Origin: Kiritimatiellia bacterium
GTDB taxonomy: Bacteria; Verrucomicrobiota; Kiritimatiellia; RFP12; UBA1067
Direction of reading: 5' to 3'
DNA: 44,179 bases
Assembly: GCA_017507065.1 (NCBI GenBank)
Contig: JAFWBO010000063.1
Coordinates: 1 to 44,179, forward strand
A program made the position numbers and the translations under genes. The notes under the pieces are model-generated. The model had not been told where the DNA came from and did not search any database. It saw nothing but the letters and a program-made list of their open reading frames with translations. Within the stretch, counting starts at the first letter, position 1, and the number at the start of each line of letters is the position of its first letter. This document shows positions 34,685 to 43,526 of this stretch, piece by piece.

Positions 34685-35230
34685 GTGGTTCTCAAAATCA
34701 GGAAATACGGAGACGCCGTCCTCCGTAAAAAATCCGGCGAGGTCAGTGCTGTGACGCCCGAACTTAGGCGTCTTGCCGCCGATATGATCGACACCATGCG
34801 CAAAGCGGGCGGCGTCGGGCTCGCCGCACAGCAGGTGGGCCGTCTCGAAAGAGTGTGCGTGATAGACGTCCCAGAAGGATGCGATGAAGGCACAGACGCG
34901 GCATTCAACGCTCCGGTCAGGATGCCGCTTGTCATGTTCAATCCTTTGATAATCGCGAAGGAAGGTGCCGTGAAGGGCGGCGAAGGATGCCTGAGCTTCC
35001 CGAAAATCGGGGGAAGCGTGGTGCGGGCCGAACAGGTCGCCGTGTCTTATTTGAATCTCGACAACATGCCTCAGGCCGTTACGGTCAGAGGCTTTCTCGC
35101 GCGCGCCGTCCAGCATGAAGTAGATCACCTTGACGGCATTCTCTACATCGACAGGATGACTGCCGACGAGAGGCTTTCACATTCAAAGCCGCTTGAGCGG
35201 CTTGCGAAAGCGAACGGCGCGGCGAGGTAG
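34685..35230 (+). CDS. def: peptide deformylase
   Basis: GTG start 1 nt after the dut stop. Motifs GVGLAAQQVG, EGCLSFP and HEVDHLDG are present; 181 aa. Confidence 0.92.
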   Translation: MVLKIRKYGDAVLRKKSGEVSAVTPELRRLAADMIDTMRKAGGVGLAAQQVGRLERVCVIDVPEGCDEGTDAAFNAPVRMPLVMFNPLIIAKEGAVKGGEGCLSFPKIGGSVVRAEQVAVSYLNLDNMPQAVTVRGFLARAVQHEVDHLDGILYIDRMTADERLSHSKPLERLAKANGAAR

Positions 35231-35234
35231 TTTT

Positions 35235-35588
35235 TTATTTTACCGTTGCAACCGAGTTGAACGTGCCCTGGTCGTTCCTGACCGAGTTGACGTTCTCGGG
35301 GTCGGCGCACCATACGCCGTCGATGACGAACTTGTACTGGTATTCGCCGGGAGCAAGCTTGATCGTCGTGGCATAGTAGCCTTCTTTCGCCTTCCACGCG
35401 AGTTTCTTGGCGGAAACGCTCCAATCGTTGAACTCGCCCGCAAGATACACGGCTTTGCCTTTTTCGGCGCGGATCGTGAACGTAACGGGCTTCGTGGCCG
35501 GAGCCTTGGGAGTTTTGGCCGTGCGCACGGCACATTTCTTCGTCACCACTTTAGTGGCGCATTTTTTCGTCGTCTTGCTGATCTTCAT
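35235..35588 (-). CDS. standalone CBM48 (AMPK-beta/glycogen-binding type) domain protein with Lys-rich N-terminal tail
   Basis: The CBM48 pattern is FTIRAEKGKAVYLAGEFNDW...YYATTIKLAPGEYQYKFVIDGVWCADPEN. There is no signal peptide and the N-terminal ~35 aa are K/T/A-rich. Start is ATG 35588; the alternative GTG at 35609 adds 7 aa. Confidence 0.75.
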   Translation of the reverse strand: MKISKTTKKCATKVVTKKCAVRTAKTPKAPATKPVTFTIRAEKGKAVYLAGEFNDWSVSAKKLAWKAKEGYYATTIKLAPGEYQYKFVIDGVWCADPENVNSVRNDQGTFNSVATVK

Positions 35589-35675
35589 TTTTTTTCTTCT
35601 TTCTGCCACTTCAGGAGGATATAAGCCTTCTTTTTAGGCGGTAAATATAAAGTATCTCATATTTTTGCCAAAAAG

Positions 35676-36314
35676 TCAATCTGATTTCAACTTTTTTTGC
35701 GGATTTTTTGTATCCTGGCGGTTTCTCGCCGTGATAAGCCTCTCGAGGAGCTCGACCGATTTTATCCCGTGCGATGTTTCGATGGAACTGCTGACATCGA
35801 TTATATCGGCTCCAGTCGCTTCGGCGAGGGCGATGTTCTTCTCCGAAATCGCTCCGGCGAGAACGGTTCTGGCGCCCGCGGCCTTGAGTCTGGGGACGAG
35901 AGACCAGTCTGCGAGACGGCTTTCGTTTCCGATTCGCCCGTCGACGAGGACGACATCCGGCGCTGAGCAGCTGCCGATATCGCCGGAAAAAAGCCGCCAC
36001 ACTTCGAAGCCTTCCTTCTTGAGGGCGTGCACCGTTCCGTCGTCCGCGTTCCAGTGGAGCTGGACTATATCGAGCGAGGCGCGGCGTGCGGAGGCTGCTA
36101 TTTCTTCCGCTCCGCCGCATGTGAACACGCCGGCGAATCGCGGTGCGCGGAGAGCGGATTGCCTCGTCTGCGACACGATGATGCCGGCTTCCTCCGCGCC
36201 GATCCGCCGCACTGAGCCGTCGGCGAACACGAAGCCGAGAAAGTCAGCCCCGAGACGCGCGGCTTCGATAGCGAACGCGCCGTCGGTGACGCCGCACACT
36301 TTCAGGAGAGACAC
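35676..36314 (-). CDS. trpF: phosphoribosylanthranilate isomerase
   Basis: GTG start at 36314 (GGAG 7 nt upstream), overlapping the trpA 3' end by 13 nt. LLKVCGVT..., DFLGFVF and ...VLAGAI are TrpF-like. The Arg-rich upstream part of the track ORF (to 37052) is an out-of-frame overlap of trpA. Confidence 0.85.
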   Translation of the reverse strand: MSLLKVCGVTDGAFAIEAARLGADFLGFVFADGSVRRIGAEEAGIIVSQTRQSALRAPRFAGVFTCGGAEEIAASARRASLDIVQLHWNADDGTVHALKKEGFEVWRLFSGDIGSCSAPDVVLVDGRIGNESRLADWSLVPRLKAAGARTVLAGAISEKNIALAEATGADIIDVSSSIETSHGIKSVELLERLITARNRQDTKNPQKKLKSD

Positions 36315-37060
36315 GGTTTTTCTCCACGCATCAGTTTTTTCACGAGCGCTGAACCAACGATGTATCCGTCGGCGTGGCGCGAGATTTCCTCGGCCTGCGC
36401 TTTCGTCGAAATGCCGAATCCGGCGGCGACGGGAAGGTGCGAAACAGATCGGATTTCTTCGAGCCTCGCCGCGAGATCTTCGGGAAGGCTCGTCCTTTCT
36501 CCTGTCGTGCCTTTTACGGTCATCACGTACAGAAACGAGTTTTCGAGACCCTCGCCGATCTCTTTTACGCGTTCGAGCGGCGTGTTCGGGGCTATGAGAG
36601 GTATATAGCCTATTCCTTTCGGAGAGAGAGCCTGGAGAAGTTCTCCGCGCTCTTCGAGCGGAAGGTCTACGACGAGCACCGCGTCTATCCCCGCATCCGC
36701 CGCCGCATCGGCGAATCTCCCGGTTCCGAACGAGAAAATCGGATTGTAGTAGGAGAAGAGAACGAATCCCGTATCCGGATGGCGCTCGCGAAGGCGTTTG
36801 GCCGCTGCGAGAGATTTCTCGAGCGTCATGCCGTGCCTGATGGCTTCGTAGGAAGCCGATCTTATCACGCCGCCGTCGGCGAACGGGTCGGAGAAGGGCA
36901 CTCCTATCTCCACTATGTCGGCTCCGGCCGCTATCACGTCGCCCACTGCCTTTTCGCCGGCCTCTGGAGTCGGGCAGCCCATGGTGAGATAAGCGGTGAA
37001 CGCTCCTCGCGATTCGGCCTTCGCTTTCCTGAACGCCTCTGTTATTCTGCATCGTTTCAT
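36302..37060 (-). CDS. trpA: tryptophan synthase alpha chain
   Basis: Start at [10 protein letters not shown] (ATGA overlap with the trpB stop). [16 protein letters not shown] and ...GFGIST... motifs are present; 252 aa. Confidence 0.92.
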   Translation of the reverse strand: MKRCRITEAFRKAKAESRGAFTAYLTMGCPTPEAGEKAVGDVIAAGADIVEIGVPFSDPFADGGVIRSASYEAIRHGMTLEKSLAAAKRLRERHPDTGFVLFSYYNPIFSFGTGRFADAAADAGIDAVLVVDLPLEERGELLQALSPKGIGYIPLIAPNTPLERVKEIGEGLENSFLYVMTVKGTTGERTSLPEDLAARLEEIRSVSHLPVAAGFGISTKAQAEEISRHADGYIVGSALVKKLMRGEKPCLS

Positions 37061-38235
37061 ATCGAATTCCTTTCTTTGTACAGCGTCACGCTCTGCATGT
37101 CTTTGTCTCCGCGTCCAGAGAGATTCACGAGGATGATGCCGTCTTTCCCGAGGCTTGGCGCGCGCTTGATCGCTTCGGCTACCGCATGGCTCGATTCGAG
37201 CGCCGGAATTATCCCTTCGAACCTGCACAGCATGTCGAATGCGGCGATCGCTTCGTCGTCTGTTATCACGGTGTATTCGGCGCGGCCCGTGTCGTGCAGG
37301 AAGCAGTGTTCCGGACCCACCCCGGGATAGTCGAGGCCGGCCGACACGGAGTAGGTGTCGAGTATGTTGCCGTCGGCCGTTTCGAGAAGCATCGTCTTCG
37401 CCCCGTGCAGCACGCCCGGGCGTCCGCCGTTTATGGAAGCGGCGTGTTCGCCGCTCTCGAGCCCTTTCCCGCCTGCCTCGACGCCTACGAGTTTCACTTC
37501 TTTGTCGCCCATGAAACCGGCGAAAAGGCCTATGGCGTTGGATCCTCCGCCGACACAGGCGATCGCTTCGTCGGGGAGACGGGAGAATTTCTCGAGGCAC
37601 TGGCGCCTGGCTTCAGCCCCTATCACGCTCTGGAAATCTTTGACCATTTCCGGATACGGGGCCGGCCCGGCGGCGGTGCCGATCACGTAGAAGGTGTCGT
37701 CGCAGTTCGACACCCAGTCGCGCAGGGCTTCATTCATGGCGTCTTTGAGCGTCGCGCTCCCTTCGCTTACGGCATGGATGCGTGCGCCGAGCATTTTCAT
37801 TCTCTCTACGTTCGGCGACTGCCTTTCTACGTCGATCGCCCCCATGTAGACGTCACACGGCATCCCGAAGAGCGCGGCGACAGTCGCCGTGGCGACTCCG
37901 TGCATCCCGGCTCCGGTTTCGGCGATGAGCCGCTTCTTGCCCATCCTCCGCGCGAGAAGAGCCTGCCCAACAGTGTTGTTTATCTTGTGCGCGCCCGTAT
38001 GGTTCAGGTCTTCGCGTTTGAGCAGTATCTTCGCGCCTCCGAGATGTTCGGACAGCCGCCTGGCGTACGTCAGCGGGCTTTCGCGCCCCACGTACTCGCG
38101 GAGGATTTCGCCGAATTCCCGCTGGAACGCAGGGTCGGCTTTCGCTTCGACATATGCCGCCTCGAGCTCTTTCAGCGGAGCGACGAGCGTTTCGGCCACA
38201 TATTGCCCGCCGTATTGTCCGTAATGTTTTTTCAT
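37057..38235 (-). CDS. trpB: tryptophan synthase beta chain
   Basis: Start at [13 protein letters not shown] (AAAGGGAAC upstream). [14 protein letters not shown] carries the PLP lysine; 392 aa. An alternative ATG at 38271 would add 12 aa. Confidence 0.93.
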   Translation of the reverse strand: MKKHYGQYGGQYVAETLVAPLKELEAAYVEAKADPAFQREFGEILREYVGRESPLTYARRLSEHLGGAKILLKREDLNHTGAHKINNTVGQALLARRMGKKRLIAETGAGMHGVATATVAALFGMPCDVYMGAIDVERQSPNVERMKMLGARIHAVSEGSATLKDAMNEALRDWVSNCDDTFYVIGTAAGPAPYPEMVKDFQSVIGAEARRQCLEKFSRLPDEAIACVGGGSNAIGLFAGFMGDKEVKLVGVEAGGKGLESGEHAASINGGRPGVLHGAKTMLLETADGNILDTYSVSAGLDYPGVGPEHCFLHDTGRAEYTVITDDEAIAAFDMLCRFEGIIPALESSHAVAEAIKRAPSLGKDGIILVNLSGRGDKDMQSVTLYKERNSI

Positions 38236-38272
38236 GGTGTTCCCTTTGTTTTTCCGTGCCGTTTCCGGCATG

Positions 38273-39055
38273 TCAGTTTCCGCGCAGCAGGCATTTGAGT
38301 TTTTCGCCTGGAGAGGCGCTTTTCATAAGCGCCGTCCCGACGAGAAACGCGTCGGCTCCGGCCGCTTCGGCTCGTGCGATGTCTTCGGGCGAATGCATGC
38401 CCGATTCAGCCACGCGGATGCAGTTTCCCGGTATCGCCGCCGTCAGGCGCCCGAAGAGCTCCGTGTTGGTGCTGAAATTTCCGAGATCGCGGCAGTTTAC
38501 TCCGACGATATCGGCGCCTGCTGCTGCGGCCGTGGCGATTTCGTCTTCCGAATGCGTTTCCACGAGCGCCGCGATTCCCGTTTTTTCCGCAAAGGCGAGA
38601 AGAGAGGCGAGTTCGCCTGCGCCGAGCGCGGCTGCGATGAGAAGCACCGCGTCCGCTCCCGCCGCGCGCGCTTCCGCGATCTGGTACGGCGTCGTGACGA
38701 AATCCTTCCAGAGGAGAGGGAGCGAGCACGTCTTGCGCACGCGCTTGAGATAGTCGCCGCTTCCGAGAAAACGGTGCGGCTCGCAGAGGACCGAGAGCGC
38801 GGCCGCCCCCGCCTCTTCGAGTTCGCGCGCGAGTTCTTCGGGGCGGAAGTCTTCTCGTATCAGGCCCTCGCTCGGGCTCGCCTTTTTGAGTTCCGCTATT
38901 ATTCTTCTGCCTTTTCCCGTCAGAGCTCCGGCGAAGTCGCGCGGCGGGGGGGCTTTCTCCGCCAGACGCATGATTTCGCCGATAGGCACGGTGGATGCGC
39001 GTTTTTCTGCATCGGTCCGACGCATGTGCACCAGTTCTTCGAGCACGCCTTTCAT
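38273..39055 (-). CDS. trpC: indole-3-glycerol phosphate synthase
   Basis: Start at MKGVLEEL (ATGA overlap with the trpG/D stop). [20 protein letters not shown] and VGVNCRDL motifs are present; 260 aa. Confidence 0.9.
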   Translation of the reverse strand: MKGVLEELVHMRRTDAEKRASTVPIGEIMRLAEKAPPPRDFAGALTGKGRRIIAELKKASPSEGLIREDFRPEELARELEEAGAAALSVLCEPHRFLGSGDYLKRVRKTCSLPLLWKDFVTTPYQIAEARAAGADAVLLIAAALGAGELASLLAFAEKTGIAALVETHSEDEIATAAAAGADIVGVNCRDLGNFSTNTELFGRLTAAIPGNCIRVAESGMHSPEDIARAEAAGADAFLVGTALMKSASPGEKLKCLLRGN

Positions 39056-40662
39056 TTGAGCGCCTCCTTCATGGCTGCGAGTTTTGCCGCGGCGCGCCCG
39101 GAGTCTATCGATTCCCCGGCAAGGGCGAGGGCTGCGGAGTAGTCTCCGGTGATGCCGCCTGCGATTATCGCGGCCGCGGCGTTTTCTATCGCCGCCGCGC
39201 GGCACGCTCCCGTTTCTTTGCCGTCCAGGACGGCAAGGAGCTTTTCGGCGTTGGCCGCGCTGTCCGCGCCCCTTATCGCCGAATTCGGAAAACGCTTCCC
39301 GTATGCGCCTCCGGCGTCGAGAAGCGTGTTTTTCACCGAGCCGTTTTCGAGCGACGACACGAAAGTGAAGCCGTCCGGGCTTATTTCGTCGAGACCGCCG
39401 GCCCCGGTGACGACTATCGCGCGCGTCGAACCGAGAAGTTTGAGGGCGTTGGCCATGGTTATGGCGAGTTTTTCCTGCGGCACGCCGATGACATGCCGCC
39501 TGACCGATGCCGGGTTCGTGAGAGGCCCGATGAGGTTGAAGAGCGTCCTGAAGCCGAGCATGCGTCTCACGCCGGCGGCGAATTTCATCGCCGGATGCAG
39601 GTTTTTAGCGAACAGAAAGCCTACGCCCGTCCGTTTTATGCATTCGGCCGTCTTCTCCGCTCCGGCGCCGAGATTTATCCCGAGCGCGGCGAGGACGTCG
39701 GCCGATCCGCACTGCGAAGTGGACGCGACGTTGCCGTGTTTCGCCACCGTCACGCCGGCTCCTGCGGCGATGAATGCCGCGCATGTCGAAACGTTGAACG
39801 AGTTGGATCCGTCGGCGCCCGTTCCGACTATGTCTACCGGGTCGAGCCCGCCGAGATCTATTTTCACGGCCGCTTCCCGCATGGCTCTCGCAGCACCGGC
39901 GAGTTCTTCCGGGGTGACGGGGTTTTTCGCGATTGCCGTCAGGAATGCCGCGAGTTCGCTTTCTTCGACCTCTCCTTCGAGTATCGAAGAGAAAAATCCT
40001 TCGGCTTCGTTTTCGTCCGGTGTCGCACCATCGAGCGCGCGCATGGTCACGGCCCGGCGCACGGTGCGCGGCATCGTCTTGCGCGTTCGTCTGCCGGTCG
40101 CGAACTCCACTATGTTGGCGATCTGGCGCATCCCTTCCTGCGTGCCCACCGATTCAGGATGGTACTGCACGGATTCTATCGCGAGCGTTTTGTGCCGCAG
40201 GCCCATTATTTCTCCGTCTTCGCTTTCCGCGGTGACGGCGAGTTCGTCCGGCAGAGAGGCGCGGTCGACGGCGAGAGAATGGTAGCGCATCGCGGCAAAC
40301 CCCTGTTCTACGCCGGCGAACACGCCTTTCCCGTCATGCCGCAGGCGGCTTGTCTTTCCGTGCATTATCTTCTTCGCCCTGACGATTTTTCCGCCGAACG
40401 CCTGCGCAATCGCCTGGTGGCCCAGGCATATGCCGAAAATCGGCGTTTTCCCGGCGAACGCCCTGATTGCATCGAGCGTGACGCCCGCGCTGTCCGGATT
40501 CCCTGGGCCTGGCGAGATCACGACGGCTTCCGGCTTCATCGCCAGCAGGGCGCCGACATCCGCTTTGTCGTTGCGCACGGTTTTGACTTCCGCGCCGAAC
40601 GAGGCGATGGCGTGCACGATGTTGTAAGTGAACGAATCGTAGTTGTCTATCACCAGTATCAT
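39052..40662 (-). CDS. trpGD: bifunctional anthranilate synthase component II (glutamine amidotransferase) / anthranilate phosphoribosyltransferase
   Basis: 536 aa. The N-terminal GATase has MILVIDNYDSFTYN, GICLGHQ and the HPES triad. The C-terminal TrpD has DIVGTGADGSNSFNVST, KHGN and NLIGPLTNP. It is one continuous ORF with ATGA overlap onto trpE. Confidence 0.92.
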   Translation of the reverse strand: MILVIDNYDSFTYNIVHAIASFGAEVKTVRNDKADVGALLAMKPEAVVISPGPGNPDSAGVTLDAIRAFAGKTPIFGICLGHQAIAQAFGGKIVRAKKIMHGKTSRLRHDGKGVFAGVEQGFAAMRYHSLAVDRASLPDELAVTAESEDGEIMGLRHKTLAIESVQYHPESVGTQEGMRQIANIVEFATGRRTRKTMPRTVRRAVTMRALDGATPDENEAEGFFSSILEGEVEESELAAFLTAIAKNPVTPEELAGAARAMREAAVKIDLGGLDPVDIVGTGADGSNSFNVSTCAAFIAAGAGVTVAKHGNVASTSQCGSADVLAALGINLGAGAEKTAECIKRTGVGFLFAKNLHPAMKFAAGVRRMLGFRTLFNLIGPLTNPASVRRHVIGVPQEKLAITMANALKLLGSTRAIVVTGAGGLDEISPDGFTFVSSLENGSVKNTLLDAGGAYGKRFPNSAIRGADSAANAEKLLAVLDGKETGACRAAAIENAAAAIIAGGITGDYSAALALAGESIDSGRAAAKLAAMKEALK

Positions 40663-42080
40663 TGCAGTTCCTCCGCTTCTTTCAAGGCTTCGAACACGGC
40701 TTTCGATTTGTTGATCGTTTCGTCGTATTCCCTGTCGGGGTCGGAATCGGCGGTTATGCCCGCTCCGGCGCGCATCGTCACCGATTTTCCTTCTTTCACC
40801 AGCGTGCGTATGGCTATGGCGAAATCCATTCCTCCGGTGAACGAGAAGTATCCGGCTGCACCTCCGTATATTCCGCGCGGAGATTTTTCGATCTCGGCGA
40901 TTATCTCCATCGCGCGGATTTTCGGCGCGCCGGAAAGGGTGCCTGCGGGGAACACCGCCTTCACGAGATCAGACGGCGTGTGATTTTCCGCGAGCGTCCC
41001 TTTGACGGAACTGACCAGATGCATGACATGGGAGAATTTTTCGACGCGTGCGAAAGATTCCACTTTGACGCTTCCCGTCTCTGCGACTCTGCCGAGATCG
41101 TTGCGGCCCAGATCTACGAGCATCACGTGCTCGGCGTTTTCCTTTTCGTCGCTTTTGAGTTCTCTTTCGAGCGCGGAGTCCTCGGCCGCGGTTTTCCCGC
41201 GAGGCCGCGTGCCGGCGATGGGCGATGTTTCCATGACGCGTCCTTCGAGCTTCACGAGTTCTTCTGGAGAAGAGCCTATGAGCGTTTTCCGGCCTATCCG
41301 CATGAAGAATTCGTACGGAGAGGGGTTGATGGTCCTGAGCGCCCTGTAGAGCGAAAGGTCGGAAGAGCGCGTGACGCCGGAGAATTTCTGCGACGGCACG
41401 ATCTGTATCGCCTCGCCCGCGGCTATCGCGTCTTTGCACTGCGATACCATTGCGCGGAACTCGTCTTTCGACATTTCCGGGACGAGGACGGCCCCGCCGG
41501 CGGAACACTCCGCTTCGCCATTGCGTCTGACGGTTTCGGCGATCGATTCGGCGCTCAGGAGTTTTCTGCACAGCCGCTCTATTTCGGCCATGGCTTCGCC
41601 GTAGCCGCCCTCTCCTTTGACTACGGCAACGGTGACCGTTCCGCGCACATCGTCGAAAACGAGGAATTTTTCGCAGATGAGAAAGTCCATAGGCGGCGTG
41701 CCGCTTTCGCATTTCACCTTGTTTGCGAGTTTTGGTTCGAAAATTCCGGCCGCGTCGTATGCGATATATCCTGCCGCGCCGCCCTGGAAGGGCGGAAGCT
41801 CCGGGGCGGGGACGAACTCGTTCGCAGCAAAAAGGGCGTCGATGCGCTCGAGCGCGTCTTTCCCTGCTATCCGTCCAGACGGTTCGACCGCGAGAAACGA
41901 GTATCGTCCCCTCGCCTCTCCGCCAGATACGCTTTCGAGAAGTACGGCCTCTTCGTCTTCCCGCAGGCGCGAAAGCGCGGCGACGGGAGTTTCCCTGTCT
42001 GCGAGGAATTCCTTGAATACCGGCGTTCTTCGCCCCGAGGCGGTGCGGCGAGCGAATTCGTCTTCTGTCAGGATTTTCAT
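40659..42080 (-). CDS. trpE: anthranilate synthase component I
   Basis: 473 aa. LLESV..., VDLGRNDLGRV, GTLSGAPK and ...GGAAGYFSFTG... motifs are present, with AAGGAG 7 nt upstream of the ATG. Confidence 0.93.
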   Translation of the reverse strand: MKILTEDEFARRTASGRRTPVFKEFLADRETPVAALSRLREDEEAVLLESVSGGEARGRYSFLAVEPSGRIAGKDALERIDALFAANEFVPAPELPPFQGGAAGYIAYDAAGIFEPKLANKVKCESGTPPMDFLICEKFLVFDDVRGTVTVAVVKGEGGYGEAMAEIERLCRKLLSAESIAETVRRNGEAECSAGGAVLVPEMSKDEFRAMVSQCKDAIAAGEAIQIVPSQKFSGVTRSSDLSLYRALRTINPSPYEFFMRIGRKTLIGSSPEELVKLEGRVMETSPIAGTRPRGKTAAEDSALERELKSDEKENAEHVMLVDLGRNDLGRVAETGSVKVESFARVEKFSHVMHLVSSVKGTLAENHTPSDLVKAVFPAGTLSGAPKIRAMEIIAEIEKSPRGIYGGAAGYFSFTGGMDFAIAIRTLVKEGKSVTMRAGAGITADSDPDREYDETINKSKAVFEALKEAEELQ

Positions 42081-42106
42081 TTTTCCGGCTCCTTTTTATG
42101 TTGTTT

Positions 42107-43228
42107 TCAGGCGTAAGCACCGAGAAACTGGAGGGCTTCTATTTCAGGATCCTGCGAAAGCTCCGAGAGAAGGGCCAGTGCAGCCGTGCCCGATGCGGAC
42201 GATTCGAATTCGAACGTGAAGCGGAATTCGAAATCCATGCCGGGGATCGGGCGCGATTCGAGTTTGGTGAGATTCACCCCGGCCGCGGCGAATTTGGCGA
42301 GAATGGAGCTGAGCGATCCCGGGCGGTGCGGAAGGGTGAGCATTATGCCGAATTTGTCGGCGTCCGGCGTTATTTCTATTTCGCGCGAGATGCAGATGAA
42401 GCGCGTGTAGTTGAAGGTGTTGTCCGAGACGTTTTCGGCAAGAATGTCGAGATCGTATATTCCGGCGCACGCGCGTGAAGCGATGACCGCCTGCTCTGCA
42501 GTGCCTTTCTCCGCGAGATCGCGCGCCGCCGTCGCCGTGTTGGGCGCCGGGACGGTTTTCACGCCCGGCATGGCCTTGAGGAAGTCTCGGCATTGCGCCA
42601 GCGCGTGAGGATGGCTGGCCACTTCCTTTATTCCGGCGAGGGACGCGCCGCGCCGTCCGAGCAGGACATGGTTGACTTTGACGCGTTGCGACCGGACGAT
42701 GTGGAAATGGTGTTTCACCATGAGATCGTAGACCTGCGCCACCGAACCGGCAGATGAATTTTCAATCGGCAGAACGCCGTACGGGCATACTCCTTTTTCC
42801 ACCATTTCGAAGACGCTTTCGAAATCGCGGAGGAAGACGATGGTGGGAGCGGCGAACATGAGGGCCGTGGCGGCCGCGGCATATGAGCCGTCGGTTCCCT
42901 GGCAGGCCACGAAGGCCCTCTGCGGCAGCGGTTTCGACTTCTGTGCGGCCGCTGTTATAGTGGATACGAGCGGCGACGGGCCGCGCACGTTTGCGCGGAT
43001 TCGCGCTTTGGAAAGTTCAATCATCGTGGAGAAGAGAGTTTTCATCTCGCGGCCGAGCCCGTCGCCTGCGATTTCGAGCGCGCGGGAAACGCTCTCCCTT
43101 TCCTGTTCGCCGTCGCATACTTGATCGCCTCTTTCTCTCGCCGACTGCGCTTCGGCGAGCGAGATGTCCATCCTCTGCTTGAAGAGGCGGGCGATTTCTT
43201 CATCGGTTTTCATCAGCTGGTCGTTCAT
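42107..43228 (-). CDS. pheA: bifunctional chorismate mutase / prephenate dehydratase (P-protein)
   Basis: Start at MNDQLMKTDEEIARLF (AAGGA upstream). It has an N-terminal chorismate-mutase helix region, a PDT domain (VACQGTDGSY..., LPIENSSAGSV, TRFI) and an ACT domain with TKLESRPIPG; 373 aa. Confidence 0.88.
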   Translation of the reverse strand: MNDQLMKTDEEIARLFKQRMDISLAEAQSARERGDQVCDGEQERESVSRALEIAGDGLGREMKTLFSTMIELSKARIRANVRGPSPLVSTITAAAQKSKPLPQRAFVACQGTDGSYAAAATALMFAAPTIVFLRDFESVFEMVEKGVCPYGVLPIENSSAGSVAQVYDLMVKHHFHIVRSQRVKVNHVLLGRRGASLAGIKEVASHPHALAQCRDFLKAMPGVKTVPAPNTATAARDLAEKGTAEQAVIASRACAGIYDLDILAENVSDNTFNYTRFICISREIEITPDADKFGIMLTLPHRPGSLSSILAKFAAAGVNLTKLESRPIPGMDFEFRFTFEFESSASGTAALALLSELSQDPEIEALQFLGAYA

Positions 43229-43262
43229 TTGTTTCCTTTTTGGTGGTTGTTTGTTCGCGTGT

Positions 43263-43304
43263 AAAAAAAATCGGGCCGAGTCTCGTTTCTTCGAGATTCG
43301 GCCC
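43263..43304 (-). terminator. intrinsic terminator of the pheA-trp leader (attenuator)
   Basis: The minus strand reads GGGCCGAATCTCG-AAGAAA-CGAGACTCGGCCC (12 of 13 positions paired) followed by GA and T8. It ends 34 nt before the pheA ATG and lies downstream of the promoter and leader ORF. Confidence 0.85.
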
Positions 43305-43335
43305 TGGATTTCCCTGCTGGCGGATACTTCAGCGA

Positions 43336-43413
43336 CTATGCCGCGAAGCGCGCTGCGAGACCGAATCCGCAGCGACGCCACCAGCAGTTGCTAAAGTATT
43401 CCCTGTTTGACAT
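43336..43413 (-). CDS. candidate leader peptide with tandem Trp codons (MSNREYFSNCWWRRCGFGLAARFAA)
   Basis: Hand-translated 25-codon ORF, too short for the ORF track. It runs from ATG 43413-43411 to TAG 43338-43336, with TGG TGG at 43383-43378. Six of 25 residues are aromatic. It sits between an extended -10 box and the terminator upstream of pheA-trpE. No SD is present and the ATG is about 8 nt after the -10. Confidence 0.6.
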   Translation of the reverse strand: MSNREYFSNCWWRRCGFGLAARFAA

Positions 43414-43420
43414 GCCGCAT

Positions 43421-43429
43421 ATTATATCA
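43421..43429 (-). promoter_or_regulatory. extended -10 promoter element (TGATATAAT) for the pheA-trp leader
   Basis: The minus strand reads TGATATAAT (43429-43421) in an AT-rich island. The -35 region is poor (A/T run). Confidence 0.5.
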
Positions 43430-43496
43430 TAATTTTTTTCGAAAAAACGTGAAAAGACAAAAAAGTTTTGTTTTTTTTTCCGGAGCGTTTAGCTCC

Positions 43497-43526
43497 TTGA
43501 CATGATTAGACGTCTGATGGTATAAT
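43497..43526 (+). promoter_or_regulatory. sigma70-type promoter for the ABM gene (TTGACA-18 nt-TATAAT, TGn)
   Basis: TTGACA at 43497-43502 and TGGTATAAT at 43518-43526. It is divergent from the pheA-trp promoter and leaves a ~100-nt 5' UTR. Confidence 0.6.

Noticed and set aside
36315-37052. Arg-rich upstream extensions of the trp-gene ORFs in the track (35676-37052, 36302-37600, 38273-39205, 42107-43381).
   Set aside because: The extensions overlap the preceding trp gene in another frame. Internal starts with SD sequences or ATGA overlaps give N-termini that match the known families.
43229-43420. T-box riboswitch, or TRAP-type (G/U)AG repeat array, as the pheA-trp leader mechanism.
   Set aside because: The leader is only about 150 nt. 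It lacks the specifier-loop and T-box (AANNNGGGUGGNACCGCG-like) organisation, and it has no spaced GAG/UAG triplet array. The tandem-Trp short ORF plus terminator is a better explanation.
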